Of a stretch of DNA of 64,000 nt, positions 28,355-39,988 are shown in pieces. A model generated the notes under the pieces. That model worked only from the letters and a program-made list of their open reading frames with translations, was not told where the DNA came from and did no database searches. This stretch comes from an uncultured Candidatus Poseidoniales archaeon (GTDB lineage: Archaea; Thermoplasmatota; Poseidoniia; Poseidoniales; Poseidoniaceae): contig CAJIYT010000009.1 of the NCBI GenBank assembly GCA_905181715.1, positions 2,146 to 66,145 of the forward strand, read 5' to 3'. A program made the translations under genes and the position numbers. The first letter of the stretch is position 1; every line of letters begins with the position of its first letter.

Positions 28355-31300
28355 ATGAGGCGAAGTCAAACAACATTGTTAATGACACTTGGAGTTATTT
28401 CCAGTTTGTTATTCATGTCTCAGTTTCCGGCCATCTCATCTGTAGGTAATATTCACCCTGACGAGACAACCGGTGAGAAGCCGCCAACAACTGATTCAGA
28501 TGGCGACGGGATCCCAGATGTTCATGAAAATCTCTTCATTGATATGGCCTCCTGGGTCACTAGTTCAGGTCGCAATGTAAGCATCGAAGGTTTGGATGCA
28601 GACAATGCCTCGGATGCATTGGTAGATCGAGATTATGATGGCTTGAACTCGACCGAGGAATACTGTTGGCCTTATCCGGCTAATTGTACAGAGCCTGGAT
28701 TCCCTCGTGGTTTGACTGGAATTACTGATCCCAATACAGGAGAGAGGATTTACCTTGATCCACGTTCCGCAGATACAGATGGTGATGGTTTACCAGATGG
28801 TTATGAGGCATGGATGTGCTCTGAATCGGGTTATCTAAATGAAGAGACTTATGTTTATGAATGCACTGAATGGAATCCTCTTAATGATTCGGACAAGTAT
28901 TTGGATCTAGATGAAGATGGTTTTGATGTCGACCGCAATGGTATTCTCTCCGATGCTGAAAAGCTGACGGGCCCGGAAGAGTATTGGTATGGTGCTGATG
29001 AAAATTGGACTACTGAATTAGATGGCCTACGCTGTACTTATTCACCACCAGATGCAACAAATATCTTCCGATGGCCGTATCTTACAAATGGCATCAACAA
29101 TGGTCTTGAGAATATATTAGCAGCCTGTACACAATCCGAAGAGTATTCTTTCGGGGGCGACCTCTGGTTGGGTACAGACCCTCTTGCTGAAGATTCAGAC
29201 TGGTTTTACTGGGATGGTTTCAGTAAGAATAGCATCTATCCTTCAACCGGTGGCGACAAAATCCCGGATGGGTGGGAGATTCACTTTGGCCTTGATCCTT
29301 TGAATAAATCAAATAATTTGGCCGATCCCGATGGCGATGGCTGGGATGCAAATAAGGATGGAATCATTTCATCGGATTTGGCGACCACTGAGGCAGCAAT
29401 CGCATTCGGTGAGGCGATGTCCACCTTTGAAGAGTACAATGTCTTCCTTGACGATGGGAATTCTGTCAAATCAGGTTTGAGGTCGGTTGGTCTTGAAGCG
29501 ACCGAAGGTTCACTCACAGAATATCCTTTGAGTGATTCTTTCACTGAAAGTACACCACCTGGCCTGTCATTAATCCATCATGATATCAAAGACTTCCATG
29601 CAGAAGGAAGTGCGGCATGGGTTGGCACAAGATTGGGAATTACCTATTTCGATTCCGATGATAATCAATCTAGTAATTATCGACTGCCTCAGGGGCATGA
29701 TCTAAATGACATGGTCATGATTGGTTCTGATAATCAACGTAGTTTGGTAATGGCGACACAAGGAGGACTTTGGGTAGCAGAGGTAGATTCAGATGGTACT
29801 TTGGTGACAAGTTCTGAATGGGGTTTCGTCGAGGGTAACTTCACAGCAGTTGCTCGCCTGATCAGAGATGGTAGTAATGAGCACGTAGTAGTCTTTGGCA
29901 ATTCAGGCGAAGGGCATGTCGTTGAAATAAGTGGCATTTCAGCCATTACAAATATCTGGGATATTGGTAGTGGTATTACTCAAGCATTATCGGATGCGGG
30001 GGCTATTGTGACCTCAGCTGTTCATGTGGATGTGTCATCTGGTCCACTTACTCTCTATGTAGGAACCGATGTGGGATTGATGCATGTTCAAACCGCTAGT
30101 GCTAGGGATAGTGATGCACCGACTTGGGACTTTTTCCTTTCATTGGATGATGTGAACACTACCAATGATTATGCAAATCTACGAGTAATTAGTGGCGGTG
30201 GTTCAGATAATCCAGCAACCGTCCGTCAGATTGTGTCAGATGGCCCGAGTGGGGGTGCAGACCAAGTACTCTGGATTGCACTTAGATCAGGATTACACAA
30301 ACTCGATCTGATAACAGGATCATTGACTCATAGTGGATTACTTGAACACCCAGGAATAGATGGAGAGTCAATTCCGGCAACCAATGATATTTATTCGATT
30401 TATCCTACTGCTAATGAATTACTAATAGGATCTGATTGGGGTCTTTGGTCTATCGCTGGAAATTATGCTTCGGTCTATGGGCTTTCAAATCAAGAATGGG
30501 TACCTGGGCAAATAGCAGGTATGACAGTCGTAGAAAAACAAGGCATTCCAACAATTCTTGCGGGTATAGCTCCGGGGAGATTCTCAAACCTTGCCTTGAT
30601 GGACCCCGGTTCACCCGATTCCGATTCCGATGGTATTCCCGATGGTTGGGAAGCGCTCTACGGCCTTGACCCTACCGATCCATATGATGCTGCTTTGGAT
30701 AATGATGGCGACGGTATCAATCTAGATGATGATCCAGTTCTCGAAAGGCTCTACACCAATCTCGATGAATTCCGCTACGTGGCAACAACACCGGGTGGAT
30801 ACAATACCACCGATCCTCGATTGGTTGATACTGATGGTGATGGAGTGAATGACGGTGCAGAATTCTTCGGGCAGTTCCTCGAGGCATCGGTCCTCTGGTG
30901 CCACTATGATTTCGCTATGGTTCACGTGTGTGATGACGCTGCTGGAAAAGCTGCCAATGAAACCTATCTCTTGAAAGATGGAATCGACCAAGCAACAGAT
31001 CCTACTAACTCTGATACTGATGGTGATGGTATGCCTGACGGCTGGGAAATAGAGAACCGACGTTGGATAGGTGATACTTTCGATGGCGGCAACAGCTGGA
31101 CACTAGATCCTTTCAATGCTAATGACAAGTTTGAGGATGCAGACCAAGATGGTCTGACGAACTTCTGTGAGTATCAATGGACATCGATTAGGGAAGCCGC
31201 TATTTCTGGCACTTATGCTTTATCGCATGGCGAACAAGGGCTGGAGGCCCAAAATTGGTCGGAAGGCGATCCTAATGATGTTGATTCCGATGGTGATAGT

Positions 31301-34126
31301 TTGCCAGATGGGTGGGAGTCTGGTGGAGAATGTGCTTGGTTGCCAGATCGTGCAGGAATAAATCCTCTCAATTCAACAGATCTCTTGTCAAACCCTGATG
31401 GTGATGGCTTTGACATCGATGGTGATGGTGTGCTTTCATTGAATGAGTCGTATGTCAATTGGCTTGAATTCAATATTCGCAACGATATGTATTACGATGG
31501 AGTAGCACTTTCGGGATTGGATTTGCCTGAGGGTCTAGAGACAAACTTATTTGATAATATTCGCTTATCTGGAGACCCCGGTGCATATCTATTCGTCGAT
31601 AAATCCGGGCCTAGTGTCACTGCTTTGCAAGGAGAGGTGGAATTAGGTGCATCCGACCCTTTGAGTGCAGATACCGATAGTGATGGTATGCCTGATGGTT
31701 GGGAGATATGGAATTCAAGATGGGATGTCTTAGCCGACAATTGGACCCTAAATCCAATCGATATTGTTGATAGATGGGGCGACTCGGATAAGGATGGAAT
31801 GGTTAATTGGGAGGAATACAATTGCATAGATCCCACTCTTTCTGAAACCAATGCCAATCGTACAACCCCGCGCTGGTACGTCGCACAATTACCAATGGGT
31901 CCTAGCATACAACAATGGGCAGGAATACTGACCACTGACTCTTTTGGTTCTAAGGGTAATGCCACAATCTTAGCTACTACGGGGCAAACCTGTGATCCTA
32001 ACAATGAAGACACCGACGGTGATGGTGTTCTTGATGGAGTGGAATTAGTTTTCACACAATGGGATACAGTCGCAGAGATTTGGACCCTTAACCCATTGGT
32101 GCCAGGAGATGGTTCCTTTGATGCAGACAATGATGGCCTGACCGATTCACAGGAGTTTAGCTTAACTAATTCATATCCTGAAAATGGCGATTTCCACCCT
32201 GGTGGTACACCTTTATTCCATGATGTTATCTCATCACCAGACATCATGGACAAAGCGAGAGTGTTTGACATAATAGATAGCAAAGGCTATCGCGCATATC
32301 GTTGGAATTCCGATTACGCCAGTTGGATTAATGACAATGAGGAAAGTATCTTGATGACTTTCTTGAAAGGAATCACCGATCCCACGGTTGATGATTCAGA
32401 TGATGATGGAATGTCAGATGGTTTTGAATATTGGTTTACCACTTGGAAAAACGCTGAAAATAGATGGTCGATGAATCCACTTTACAATGACTCTTTGACG
32501 CCGTATGATTCAGACTCCGACTCATGGGATTGCAATGGTGACGGAGTGATAGATGAGGATGAAACCTATACCGATTTACGTGAATATGAGTCGCGGATAT
32601 ATGGTAAAAAGTCTCAACGTAGTTCTGTGCCAAACGGTCTGGGATTGATCAGCTTTGCCAATGACACTTATTCAGCATACGCAGAAGAACAAGGGATTTC
32701 ATTAGTCGCAGCTCAGGGGCAGTTATATTCTAGTTTCAAATCTCTGCACGCCGGTTCTTCCGCCAAGATAGATGCCATCGATAGCAACATAGCAGGTACC
32801 TTCAATCGAACTTTGATGGGTATCACCGATCCTACTCATGCTGATTCAGATTCAGATGGAATACCTGATGGCTGGGAATATTGTTACGCAATTTATGGTA
32901 TGCCGGATGTCACTACCGAAAATCATTGGTCGGCAAATCCTCTGAATCCATTTGATGTACATTATGACGGCGATCACGATGGCTGGTATGACAGAAGCAT
33001 TGTTGATACACCTGCTGTACAGCGAGTGTGGTCTGACGATACAGGTATTTATTCTGTTAGTGTAATGACAATAGCCGCCGGTTCCACTGATTTACCATTC
33101 ACTAATGTAATGGAATATCTCAACACCACACGTCCAGATACAAATGATAGCGATAATGACTCATCGATTTATCGTCCCGGATTAGATATTTCGGGTGCAG
33201 TCATTTCCTATGACCGCGATTGGTCTTTAAGTGACGGTCAGGAGATTTTCAAATTCGGAAGCAATCCTCGGACTAATGACTCCGACCGCGATTTCTTACC
33301 TGATTGGTACGAATATTATCATGGTTGGAATGAGGATAGTGATAATTTCACAACGACCCTTGATATCAAAGTCAATTGGATTGATGTGAGTAGTGCAACA
33401 GGAGCGAGTTGTATATTTGGTACAGTTGCTTGTTTGCCCCTCGCACATGCAGGTCCAGGGATACTACCTAGACCTACAACTAGTATGACAGAGTTCACAA
33501 TGGATCCGGCCGAAGCGGCCGATGCCAATTATGATCCAGACCATGATGGAAGTTATGATTGTAGTGTTGCCGATTGCGAATATACACCCAACAGTAATTT
33601 CATGGAGTTTTTCGGAATTACTAATACTAATCTCAATTCAAATGCAAAGGTGATTGATGCAAACCTAGAGTGGAATGATGAACCTGTGACTGAATGGTGG
33701 CAATTCCGAGGGCATTTGCTACGCTTGGGTGAGGTTGATGAATCAACAAGTAATTATTTCAAGATGGCAAGACTAGATTCAAGTGACAACTTATTCGCTT
33801 ATGTGATAAACGACAATGATGCTGAATACCTTGTTGTCAATCTTTCAAATAATGACCCAATTCCTGTGGTTGCAGGCAATTGGACCTCTGAATGGGAGAA
33901 GTACTTACCAGGTATTCCGGCTGAATCAAATCCGATATTAAGCCAGGGTGAACGACCGCATGGTTGGTATATTCTCGATATTGATGATGATGGTGTGGCC
34001 GATGGCAGTAGCCCTAAAAACTGGGATACCGATGGCGATTGGATTGTCGATTGGTTCGAAGTAAACGAAGATGAAAAGACCTCCGAGAGAGGAGAGAACT
34101 CACCAATACGTTATGATCGAGTTTAG
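28355..34126 (+). CDS. Giant secreted protein with ~25-30 DxDxDG Ca-binding (TSP3-like) repeats and a central beta-propeller-like insert
   Basis: N-terminal hydrophobic segment; recurrent DP...D(S/T)DGDG.PDGWE units; central region with WVGTRLG, LYVGTDVGL and LLIGSDWGL blades. Confidence 0.85.
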   Translation: MRRSQTTLLMTLGVISSLLFMSQFPAISSVGNIHPDETTGEKPPTTDSDGDGIPDVHENLFIDMASWVTSSGRNVSIEGLDADNASDALVDRDYDGLNSTEEYCWPYPANCTEPGFPRGLTGITDPNTGERIYLDPRSADTDGDGLPDGYEAWMCSESGYLNEETYVYECTEWNPLNDSDKYLDLDEDGFDVDRNGILSDAEKLTGPEEYWYGADENWTTELDGLRCTYSPPDATNIFRWPYLTNGINNGLENILAACTQSEEYSFGGDLWLGTDPLAEDSDWFYWDGFSKNSIYPSTGGDKIPDGWEIHFGLDPLNKSNNLADPDGDGWDANKDGIISSDLATTEAAIAFGEAMSTFEEYNVFLDDGNSVKSGLRSVGLEATEGSLTEYPLSDSFTESTPPGLSLIHHDIKDFHAEGSAAWVGTRLGITYFDSDDNQSSNYRLPQGHDLNDMVMIGSDNQRSLVMATQGGLWVAEVDSDGTLVTSSEWGFVEGNFTAVARLIRDGSNEHVVVFGNSGEGHVVEISGISAITNIWDIGSGITQALSDAGAIVTSAVHVDVSSGPLTLYVGTDVGLMHVQTASARDSDAPTWDFFLSLDDVNTTNDYANLRVISGGGSDNPATVRQIVSDGPSGGADQVLWIALRSGLHKLDLITGSLTHSGLLEHPGIDGESIPATNDIYSIYPTANELLIGSDWGLWSIAGNYASVYGLSNQEWVPGQIAGMTVVEKQGIPTILAGIAPGRFSNLALMDPGSPDSDSDGIPDGWEALYGLDPTDPYDAALDNDGDGINLDDDPVLERLYTNLDEFRYVATTPGGYNTTDPRLVDTDGDGVNDGAEFFGQFLEASVLWCHYDFAMVHVCDDAAGKAANETYLLKDGIDQATDPTNSDTDGDGMPDGWEIENRRWIGDTFDGGNSWTLDPFNANDKFEDADQDGLTNFCEYQWTSIREAAISGTYALSHGEQGLEAQNWSEGDPNDVDSDGDSLPDGWESGGECAWLPDRAGINPLNSTDLLSNPDGDGFDIDGDGVLSLNESYVNWLEFNIRNDMYYDGVALSGLDLPEGLETNLFDNIRLSGDPGAYLFVDKSGPSVTALQGEVELGASDPLSADTDSDGMPDGWEIWNSRWDVLADNWTLNPIDIVDRWGDSDKDGMVNWEEYNCIDPTLSETNANRTTPRWYVAQLPMGPSIQQWAGILTTDSFGSKGNATILATTGQTCDPNNEDTDGDGVLDGVELVFTQWDTVAEIWTLNPLVPGDGSFDADNDGLTDSQEFSLTNSYPENGDFHPGGTPLFHDVISSPDIMDKARVFDIIDSKGYRAYRWNSDYASWINDNEESILMTFLKGITDPTVDDSDDDGMSDGFEYWFTTWKNAENRWSMNPLYNDSLTPYDSDSDSWDCNGDGVIDEDETYTDLREYESRIYGKKSQRSSVPNGLGLISFANDTYSAYAEEQGISLVAAQGQLYSSFKSLHAGSSAKIDAIDSNIAGTFNRTLMGITDPTHADSDSDGIPDGWEYCYAIYGMPDVTTENHWSANPLNPFDVHYDGDHDGWYDRSIVDTPAVQRVWSDDTGIYSVSVMTIAAGSTDLPFTNVMEYLNTTRPDTNDSDNDSSIYRPGLDISGAVISYDRDWSLSDGQEIFKFGSNPRTNDSDRDFLPDWYEYYHGWNEDSDNFTTTLDIKVNWIDVSSATGASCIFGTVACLPLAHAGPGILPRPTTSMTEFTMDPAEAADANYDPDHDGSYDCSVADCEYTPNSNFMEFFGITNTNLNSNAKVIDANLEWNDEPVTEWWQFRGHLLRLGEVDESTSNYFKMARLDSSDNLFAYVINDNDAEYLVVNLSNNDPIPVVAGNWTSEWEKYLPGIPAESNPILSQGERPHGWYILDIDDDGVADGSSPKNWDTDGDWIVDWFEVNEDEKTSERGENSPIRYDRV

Positions 34127-34210
34127 AGAATCACTCTTTTGTCTAATCTATTACTTCACCAATGCGGTGAGTTGAAGTCCTTTGTCGCTTTCAGTGGTAA
34201 TGGTGGAACA

Positions 34211-37200
34211 GTGGTTAGTGCAACGAGTTTCCGCCTGCAATTGATGATCGTACTGCTTCTTCTTGCACCAGCAGCACCACTTTTCCAACAAATAAGTATG
34301 GATGTTGAGGCGGCTGGTCCCTCTCGTCATCTGTATTCCTTCTCAGGAGGCGAGGTCGAGAAAATCGCTACATATCAAGGCGGAAGTCCCGATACATCAG
34401 TCGTGGTTGATTTGCCGAATGGTGCTAAGGTTACCGATGTGGAAATGACATTAGCAGGAGTTAGTGCCACTGGCTGGTCCCAAGTAACCGTTGATGATAG
34501 GGCTGGTTGGTCTGCAGGTGAATCTGGTGCGGTCGATGACCGATCTGATGAATTGTCATTAGCGATGAGCCAAGTACAACAGAACTTAATACCGTATGCT
34601 ATCGATACTAATTCCTTGTCTGCAAGCAGTTCTTGGTATGACAATGGCAGCTATGCAATACGTCAGCCGCACACCTCAAATTCCACAGAGAACAGGTTTA
34701 GTAATCAGGTTCAGTTGTCTAGTACTTCATTTTCTAGTCGTAGTCAAGGCGCAGTTCTGAAAAACCATGATTGGTTATTTCTTTCCAAATGGTCCGGGAC
34801 TAATTTCAATAATGTAGTGCAAAGGTTACATCCTAATAATGCCACTTTAGATACGGTTATTCATTTGGAACAAGCATCATGCACTTTGCCACCTGACCCT
34901 ACTTTTGACAAAGCCTACGGCTTTAGGGATTGGACTATCACTGATGACGAAAGGATGTTTGGTATTTTCACCACTTATCGTTATTTCTATAATAACCAAG
35001 TCAGTGAACAATATCATAGAGTTCTAGAATTCGATATTAGGAATGACGATGTTTGGACTTGTTTAAATTCATATGATGTCTCACCTCAGTATGGTGATTA
35101 TTCTGCTATTTCTTATGATAAATCGCGTGATTTAGTTTGGATAGTACACAATAGTCAGCGTAGAATCGTATCCTATGACTTCGATTCAGGAAATTTTGTT
35201 CGTGGCGAATATATGTACAATTTCCAATCTAGTTCATCTACAGCAGAATGTGGTACTAGCAGTAGTTTAGTTCGTGGTTTAGTCGCTAATAATGATCTGT
35301 TTTACATGCGTTGTATGAAGGACGAATATTATCAGAATCGTGATCAATTGAAGACTTGGGCTATTTCAGGAACTACTAACCTAATACCCCAGCCTGATGA
35401 AAAAATAATCTATTCGATGGGCAATGGTCTGACCTTTGACGGCAAGCGCCTCATCACAGTTGATTGCGGATGGTCAACAAGTTCTAGTTCTCTTTTCTAT
35501 CGCGAATTCGGTACTGGTTTGGAATACTTCACTGTACCTGCTCCTGGGACTACCACTTGGTTCGGTGAAACGATTGAAACCGATAGTGACGTTCTGTCAA
35601 TCAATATGAAAAATTATTGGTCTGCAGTTAGTCAAGGAGATCGTGTTGACCATTGGGTTAGCGCTGATAATGGTACTCATTGGCAGCAGGTTATCGCCAA
35701 TGAGACAATGCATCTTAATCATCCCGGGCGTGAATTGGTTTGGAAGGTTCAACTCATTGGTTCAACTGCGGTGTCATGGTGGATAAACCTTGAATATTCT
35801 ACCTCCTATAGTTTGACAGGTACTTGGTTGTCAGAAGTCTTACAGGTAGGGACATCGGTTGGGAAAGTCAAACCGGTTTGGCATTCAAGTGAGCCAGCAG
35901 GAACAGAGATCGAACTTAAAGTGACTAATGACCAAGGCAATACTTGGTACGATGCGTCAAATGATGTTGAATTGAGTTTTCCAGGTAATACTGCAAGTTC
36001 TACAATTCAATATTCTGCATCTCTTAGTTCAAATAATAACACGGTTACTCCATTCCTAACTCGGATTATCTTCTGGTATGAGGAAGGCTACCCTGACCGT
36101 CCTGAACTTGACATCGGGGATGATGGTGATTGGAATTGGCGTTCACTATTATTCTTAAATGAATCAAGTGTGGTAGCATCAGATTCTTCTATTGTTGGCG
36201 ATGAGGTTGTTCTTCAGCCCGATTTAGTTGATGAGTTTAATCAGCATATCGATCGTAATGGTGTAGGTACTAGCCCAGTAGTGATTGCAGTGAAGGCATC
36301 CTCACCAGGGAGAGTTAGTATCAGTAATCTCGATATTACTTACAAGATGCAAACTCGTGCTCTGGATGTTAGTATCGATGGCGGATTATTGGTGCCAGAC
36401 GGAGTTTGGCGAAACATGGTGACAAGAGTCTCACTTGGCGATGATGCCGAAGAGATAACAGAAGTCAGTGTTGGACTTGAGAATCCACTTGGCAAAGACA
36501 CTTCATATCGTTGGGCTATTGGCGACAGTTGTTCAATGGTTGACCCAAGTGTTAATGTGATAACTTATGATTTGGGTAATTGTACTTCTTCGATTGGTAG
36601 CGGAGGTGTAGTCACTCTTTCAGTACCAATATTGCTAAATTGGTCGTGGGATGATCAAACCTCGCTCGAGGCTATTATCTCACTGAGTGATGATAGCGGA
36701 CAACAGGTAGTGGATTGGACCACTATTGACTTGAATCTTAGAATCGAGAACGACATTGAGTTATCAGCAATGCAAGTATTCGAGGATAATGGTAGAGCAC
36801 TGACCAATCATAATTGGGTACGTGGTGGAACCGGTATATACATTACTGGACAGTTGAATTTTGAAGGCTCAGCATATTTCCCTTTACCTGGCGAGTTTGA
36901 TTTGGTGGTAATGGGCCAGAATGTAACTCTAGATGGCGATCCGATTGGTGATGAGATTGAATTATTCCGTGTTGGTAACCCAGCTTTCGGAGGTTATAAT
37001 CTCAGTTTCACTAGCCCAGTAGAGTCTACTGCTGGTGGAATGGTGATGGCGGTCACTATCGATAATATATCATCTCTATCGCAACACTCCAATCCTGGAT
37101 ACAATACGATTCTACTGATATTTGATGGCAATTCTCCTTTGGTCTTATCGGCTGATCCTAACGGCGTTGAAGTTCATGCTGGACCAGCCTCACCCGGTGG

Positions 37201-39541
37201 TCAGGCGATTACAATTATCATTCAAGATTCAGTCGACCCTCCGGTCGAAATCACACTGAATTATTGGCTTGGTTGTAAAGCTGGTACACATAACGCTTGT
37301 TCGGATAGTAATTTCAATAACTTTCCGGAGGAAATAGAATATTCTCACAAGCAATTGACATCCCCTGAAATACAAGCAGGTGGAATAAATATCTTCCAAG
37401 GAATAATCGATGACTCTATGTTGATTCATGGGCAGATAGTGACTTTTTACGTTACGGGAGCGGATGGGCAAGGTAACCAACTGGCCATGGGTGGTGTTTC
37501 TGTTTGTCCCGATGGCCCACCATATTGTGGTATTAGACCAGGCGAGGTAGCACCTCGTTGGAATCAAACCTTGTCGATATATACCATCAGAGAGGAATTC
37601 GATCCTTTCCTAAATGTCGATCAATCGACTATCATCGGCCATGATGATGAGAGCCCATTACACCCTGGAGTACAATACTCTGTGTTGTTGAATGTTTCAG
37701 ACCGCAATGGTTGGAGTGACATCACTAAGATACAGATTTCCCTCACCGAAGATTTCGAGGATGAAACAACGAGTATCTTTGTAGAATTATCAGTTGACGC
37801 CGAGGGCCAGCCATTGATGAATCTAGTTAGTGGAGGCAATGGCTTAGCGGTTTCTAATATCTATTCACAAGCATCATTAGAACCACTAAATAACACAATA
37901 ATGTATCTGGACATTAAATTTCAATTGACTTGGTCATTTCCTGAGGTTTGGGATACCAATGGATTGGACAGAAAAGTCCCAGTTGTCCGTTTGAGTGATA
38001 GACCATGCGATGTGGAGACCACTAATCCATGTAATACATATGAAGCAGGATTGGGTAATGACCTTTGGAGCCTTGATAATGATTTCAGATTTGATCAAAT
38101 GCCTGGCCACGTCAAAGCTATTGAATTACGTGACGGAACCAATCATTACAATTCTGAAGGTATTGAAACTACAATAGGTGCTGGTCTAGCAGTAAGATTC
38201 AGTGGCCGGTTACTATTCAGTGAGGATGAGACTCCTGCTCCTTCTGGCGCCTTTTCTGTCGTATTGAGTGATTATGATAACTCATGGTCTACCACGTGTG
38301 GAGACTCAGGTGGATTTAGTATAGATTTCCTAGTTCCTGAGGTTCGCAGTGGTCACCTTGTCCTCGAAGCAACACTAGAGGATTTACCAGGTATTGCAAC
38401 CTATGATGTCGAAACCAGTCCAGTATTGCGATTGGCTGTCGATGATGAAAATCCTGTGATTGCAGCAATATCGATGATGGGCAATAATCCGGGGGATGCT
38501 ATTTCGATAGCAGATGCTGGATCGGTTGAGGTACTACTAGATGCTAGCGATGATTTTGGTTTCAGTGATGATGCTCCAATTTTACACTATATCATGAAAG
38601 CTGGTGATGCTGAGATTTTGCGCGGTAGTTCCCCTCTCGCTGAAAAGGTAATCATCGATGAAGGCGAGGATGATTTCTTTTGGCGTGGGATCTTTGATTT
38701 CACCGATGACGGTGCCACTCAAATTCTACCTACTTATTCGATCGAAGTTTGGATAACAGGTTCAGATAAGGTTGGTAACCCCTTTATCAGTTCAATGAAT
38801 AATGAAGATTCTCCTTTGGCTAGTTGGCCGTTCGCCCTTTCCGGACCCGATATCTCACTGCGCAGTAGTGATTCTCTAATTGTTTGGTCAAATCCTTCGC
38901 CGATTCTCGATGAAGAGGTTCACCTCGAAATCGAGGTCGTGAATCACGGTAAGGATGGTGTTGTCACTTTGGTTCTGCAGAAACTTATTGGCGGCAAGGA
39001 CTGGTCAGAAGAAGATAGAGTTACTATCAATTCAAGTGCCGATGAAAAGATAATTACTAGCCTCAATACCACAGCTGCTGGTGATGTTGGTACAGGACAG
39101 GTTTATCGATTATTAATTCTAGATTCAGGAGTAGAGATGGACCGTATTTCAGTCACTCCACTGATGATTACCGAAAACGTACAACGTGATGGACAGGCTT
39201 TGGGTACTCAGCTTGGTGAATCGGGTTTATCTGTAATAATGTTCATAATCACTTTATTTGCGGTCTCATATGCCATGTATCAGATGGTGGTTATTCGTCG
39301 GATTAGAAGAGGGGATTTGGGGATTGAGGAAGAAAATATTGACCCCCTTTCGCATACTGCTGAGGTCGAAACTGAAATGCAAAGTAAGGTCTTACCTGTT
39401 ATCGATCAATTACCTGCTAATGGTGCTGGACAAGGAGAACCACATCTATCGGTTCCGATTCCACCTGAAGGATTGCCACCCGGCTGGACTGAGGAGCAGT
39501 GGCAACATTATGGTCACCAATACGTGCAATCACAGGGTTGA
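34211..39541 (+). CDS. Giant membrane-anchored surface protein with C-terminal TM helix and PPEGLPPGWT.EQW.HYG tail
   Basis: Signal-like LMIVLLLLAPAAPL; long beta-rich acidic region; TM SVIMFIITLFAVSYAMYQMVVI then RRIRR; start codon uncertain (ORF track gives 34139). Confidence 0.8.
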   Translation: MVSATSFRLQLMIVLLLLAPAAPLFQQISMDVEAAGPSRHLYSFSGGEVEKIATYQGGSPDTSVVVDLPNGAKVTDVEMTLAGVSATGWSQVTVDDRAGWSAGESGAVDDRSDELSLAMSQVQQNLIPYAIDTNSLSASSSWYDNGSYAIRQPHTSNSTENRFSNQVQLSSTSFSSRSQGAVLKNHDWLFLSKWSGTNFNNVVQRLHPNNATLDTVIHLEQASCTLPPDPTFDKAYGFRDWTITDDERMFGIFTTYRYFYNNQVSEQYHRVLEFDIRNDDVWTCLNSYDVSPQYGDYSAISYDKSRDLVWIVHNSQRRIVSYDFDSGNFVRGEYMYNFQSSSSTAECGTSSSLVRGLVANNDLFYMRCMKDEYYQNRDQLKTWAISGTTNLIPQPDEKIIYSMGNGLTFDGKRLITVDCGWSTSSSSLFYREFGTGLEYFTVPAPGTTTWFGETIETDSDVLSINMKNYWSAVSQGDRVDHWVSADNGTHWQQVIANETMHLNHPGRELVWKVQLIGSTAVSWWINLEYSTSYSLTGTWLSEVLQVGTSVGKVKPVWHSSEPAGTEIELKVTNDQGNTWYDASNDVELSFPGNTASSTIQYSASLSSNNNTVTPFLTRIIFWYEEGYPDRPELDIGDDGDWNWRSLLFLNESSVVASDSSIVGDEVVLQPDLVDEFNQHIDRNGVGTSPVVIAVKASSPGRVSISNLDITYKMQTRALDVSIDGGLLVPDGVWRNMVTRVSLGDDAEEITEVSVGLENPLGKDTSYRWAIGDSCSMVDPSVNVITYDLGNCTSSIGSGGVVTLSVPILLNWSWDDQTSLEAIISLSDDSGQQVVDWTTIDLNLRIENDIELSAMQVFEDNGRALTNHNWVRGGTGIYITGQLNFEGSAYFPLPGEFDLVVMGQNVTLDGDPIGDEIELFRVGNPAFGGYNLSFTSPVESTAGGMVMAVTIDNISSLSQHSNPGYNTILLIFDGNSPLVLSADPNGVEVHAGPASPGGQAITIIIQDSVDPPVEITLNYWLGCKAGTHNACSDSNFNNFPEEIEYSHKQLTSPEIQAGGINIFQGIIDDSMLIHGQIVTFYVTGADGQGNQLAMGGVSVCPDGPPYCGIRPGEVAPRWNQTLSIYTIREEFDPFLNVDQSTIIGHDDESPLHPGVQYSVLLNVSDRNGWSDITKIQISLTEDFEDETTSIFVELSVDAEGQPLMNLVSGGNGLAVSNIYSQASLEPLNNTIMYLDIKFQLTWSFPEVWDTNGLDRKVPVVRLSDRPCDVETTNPCNTYEAGLGNDLWSLDNDFRFDQMPGHVKAIELRDGTNHYNSEGIETTIGAGLAVRFSGRLLFSEDETPAPSGAFSVVLSDYDNSWSTTCGDSGGFSIDFLVPEVRSGHLVLEATLEDLPGIATYDVETSPVLRLAVDDENPVIAAISMMGNNPGDAISIADAGSVEVLLDASDDFGFSDDAPILHYIMKAGDAEILRGSSPLAEKVIIDEGEDDFFWRGIFDFTDDGATQILPTYSIEVWITGSDKVGNPFISSMNNEDSPLASWPFALSGPDISLRSSDSLIVWSNPSPILDEEVHLEIEVVNHGKDGVVTLVLQKLIGGKDWSEEDRVTINSSADEKIITSLNTTAAGDVGTGQVYRLLILDSGVEMDRISVTPLMITENVQRDGQALGTQLGESGLSVIMFIITLFAVSYAMYQMVVIRRIRRGDLGIEEENIDPLSHTAEVETEMQSKVLPVIDQLPANGAGQGEPHLSVPIPPEGLPPGWTEEQWQHYGHQYVQSQG

Positions 39542-39547
39542 GGTATT

Positions 39548-39979
39548 ATGGCAGAATCTTCTTTGATTACCTTACAGGAGCGCATGGTCAATCTTGTCGA
39601 CCAATTGGCGATACCTTTGGTTGAATTGAGTTTGGTAATATCACGTTTTAATGGACTAGTTCTTGGCAGATTAATGTCATTGGCAGAGGAGAACTCTGAA
39701 ACCTTACCTCCTCGGATAACTCAGCAATGGAAAGTCGAAGAACAGGTTCAAAGTAGTGAATTTGAGTTTGATTTAGACAGAGTAGTCGATGTAATAGATG
39801 AGGAAAGGATGGATATTCTCACGACTTTAATCCGAGTCAGTGTTGAAGAATTAAGAATCACCTTATTTGATCTAATGATATTGTTGCGTTCCTGGGAACA
39901 GATGCTGAAAGTTCGTTTGGCCAAAGTTACCAGCCCTGGTCAACTTTTTTCACCGGTGTCAATGCCCGAAGGTTTCTGA
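39548..39979 (+). CDS. Hypothetical helical protein
   Basis: 143-aa ORF with SD GAGGT; 6 nt after the upstream stop. Confidence 0.7.
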   Translation: MAESSLITLQERMVNLVDQLAIPLVELSLVISRFNGLVLGRLMSLAEENSETLPPRITQQWKVEEQVQSSEFEFDLDRVVDVIDEERMDILTTLIRVSVEELRITLFDLMILLRSWEQMLKVRLAKVTSPGQLFSPVSMPEGF

Positions 39980-39988
39980 GGTGGATAC

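Noticed and set aside
31492-32283. 263-aa antisense ORF and the many other short overlapping ORFs in the track
   Set aside because: Shadow frames of well-supported genes; S/P-rich mirror of D/G codons with no motifs
28480-34060. Recurrent GATGGTGATGG-like DNA suggesting a tandem repeat or CRISPR array
   Set aside because: Explained by DxDxDG protein repeats with synonymous variation; no fixed repeat-spacer period
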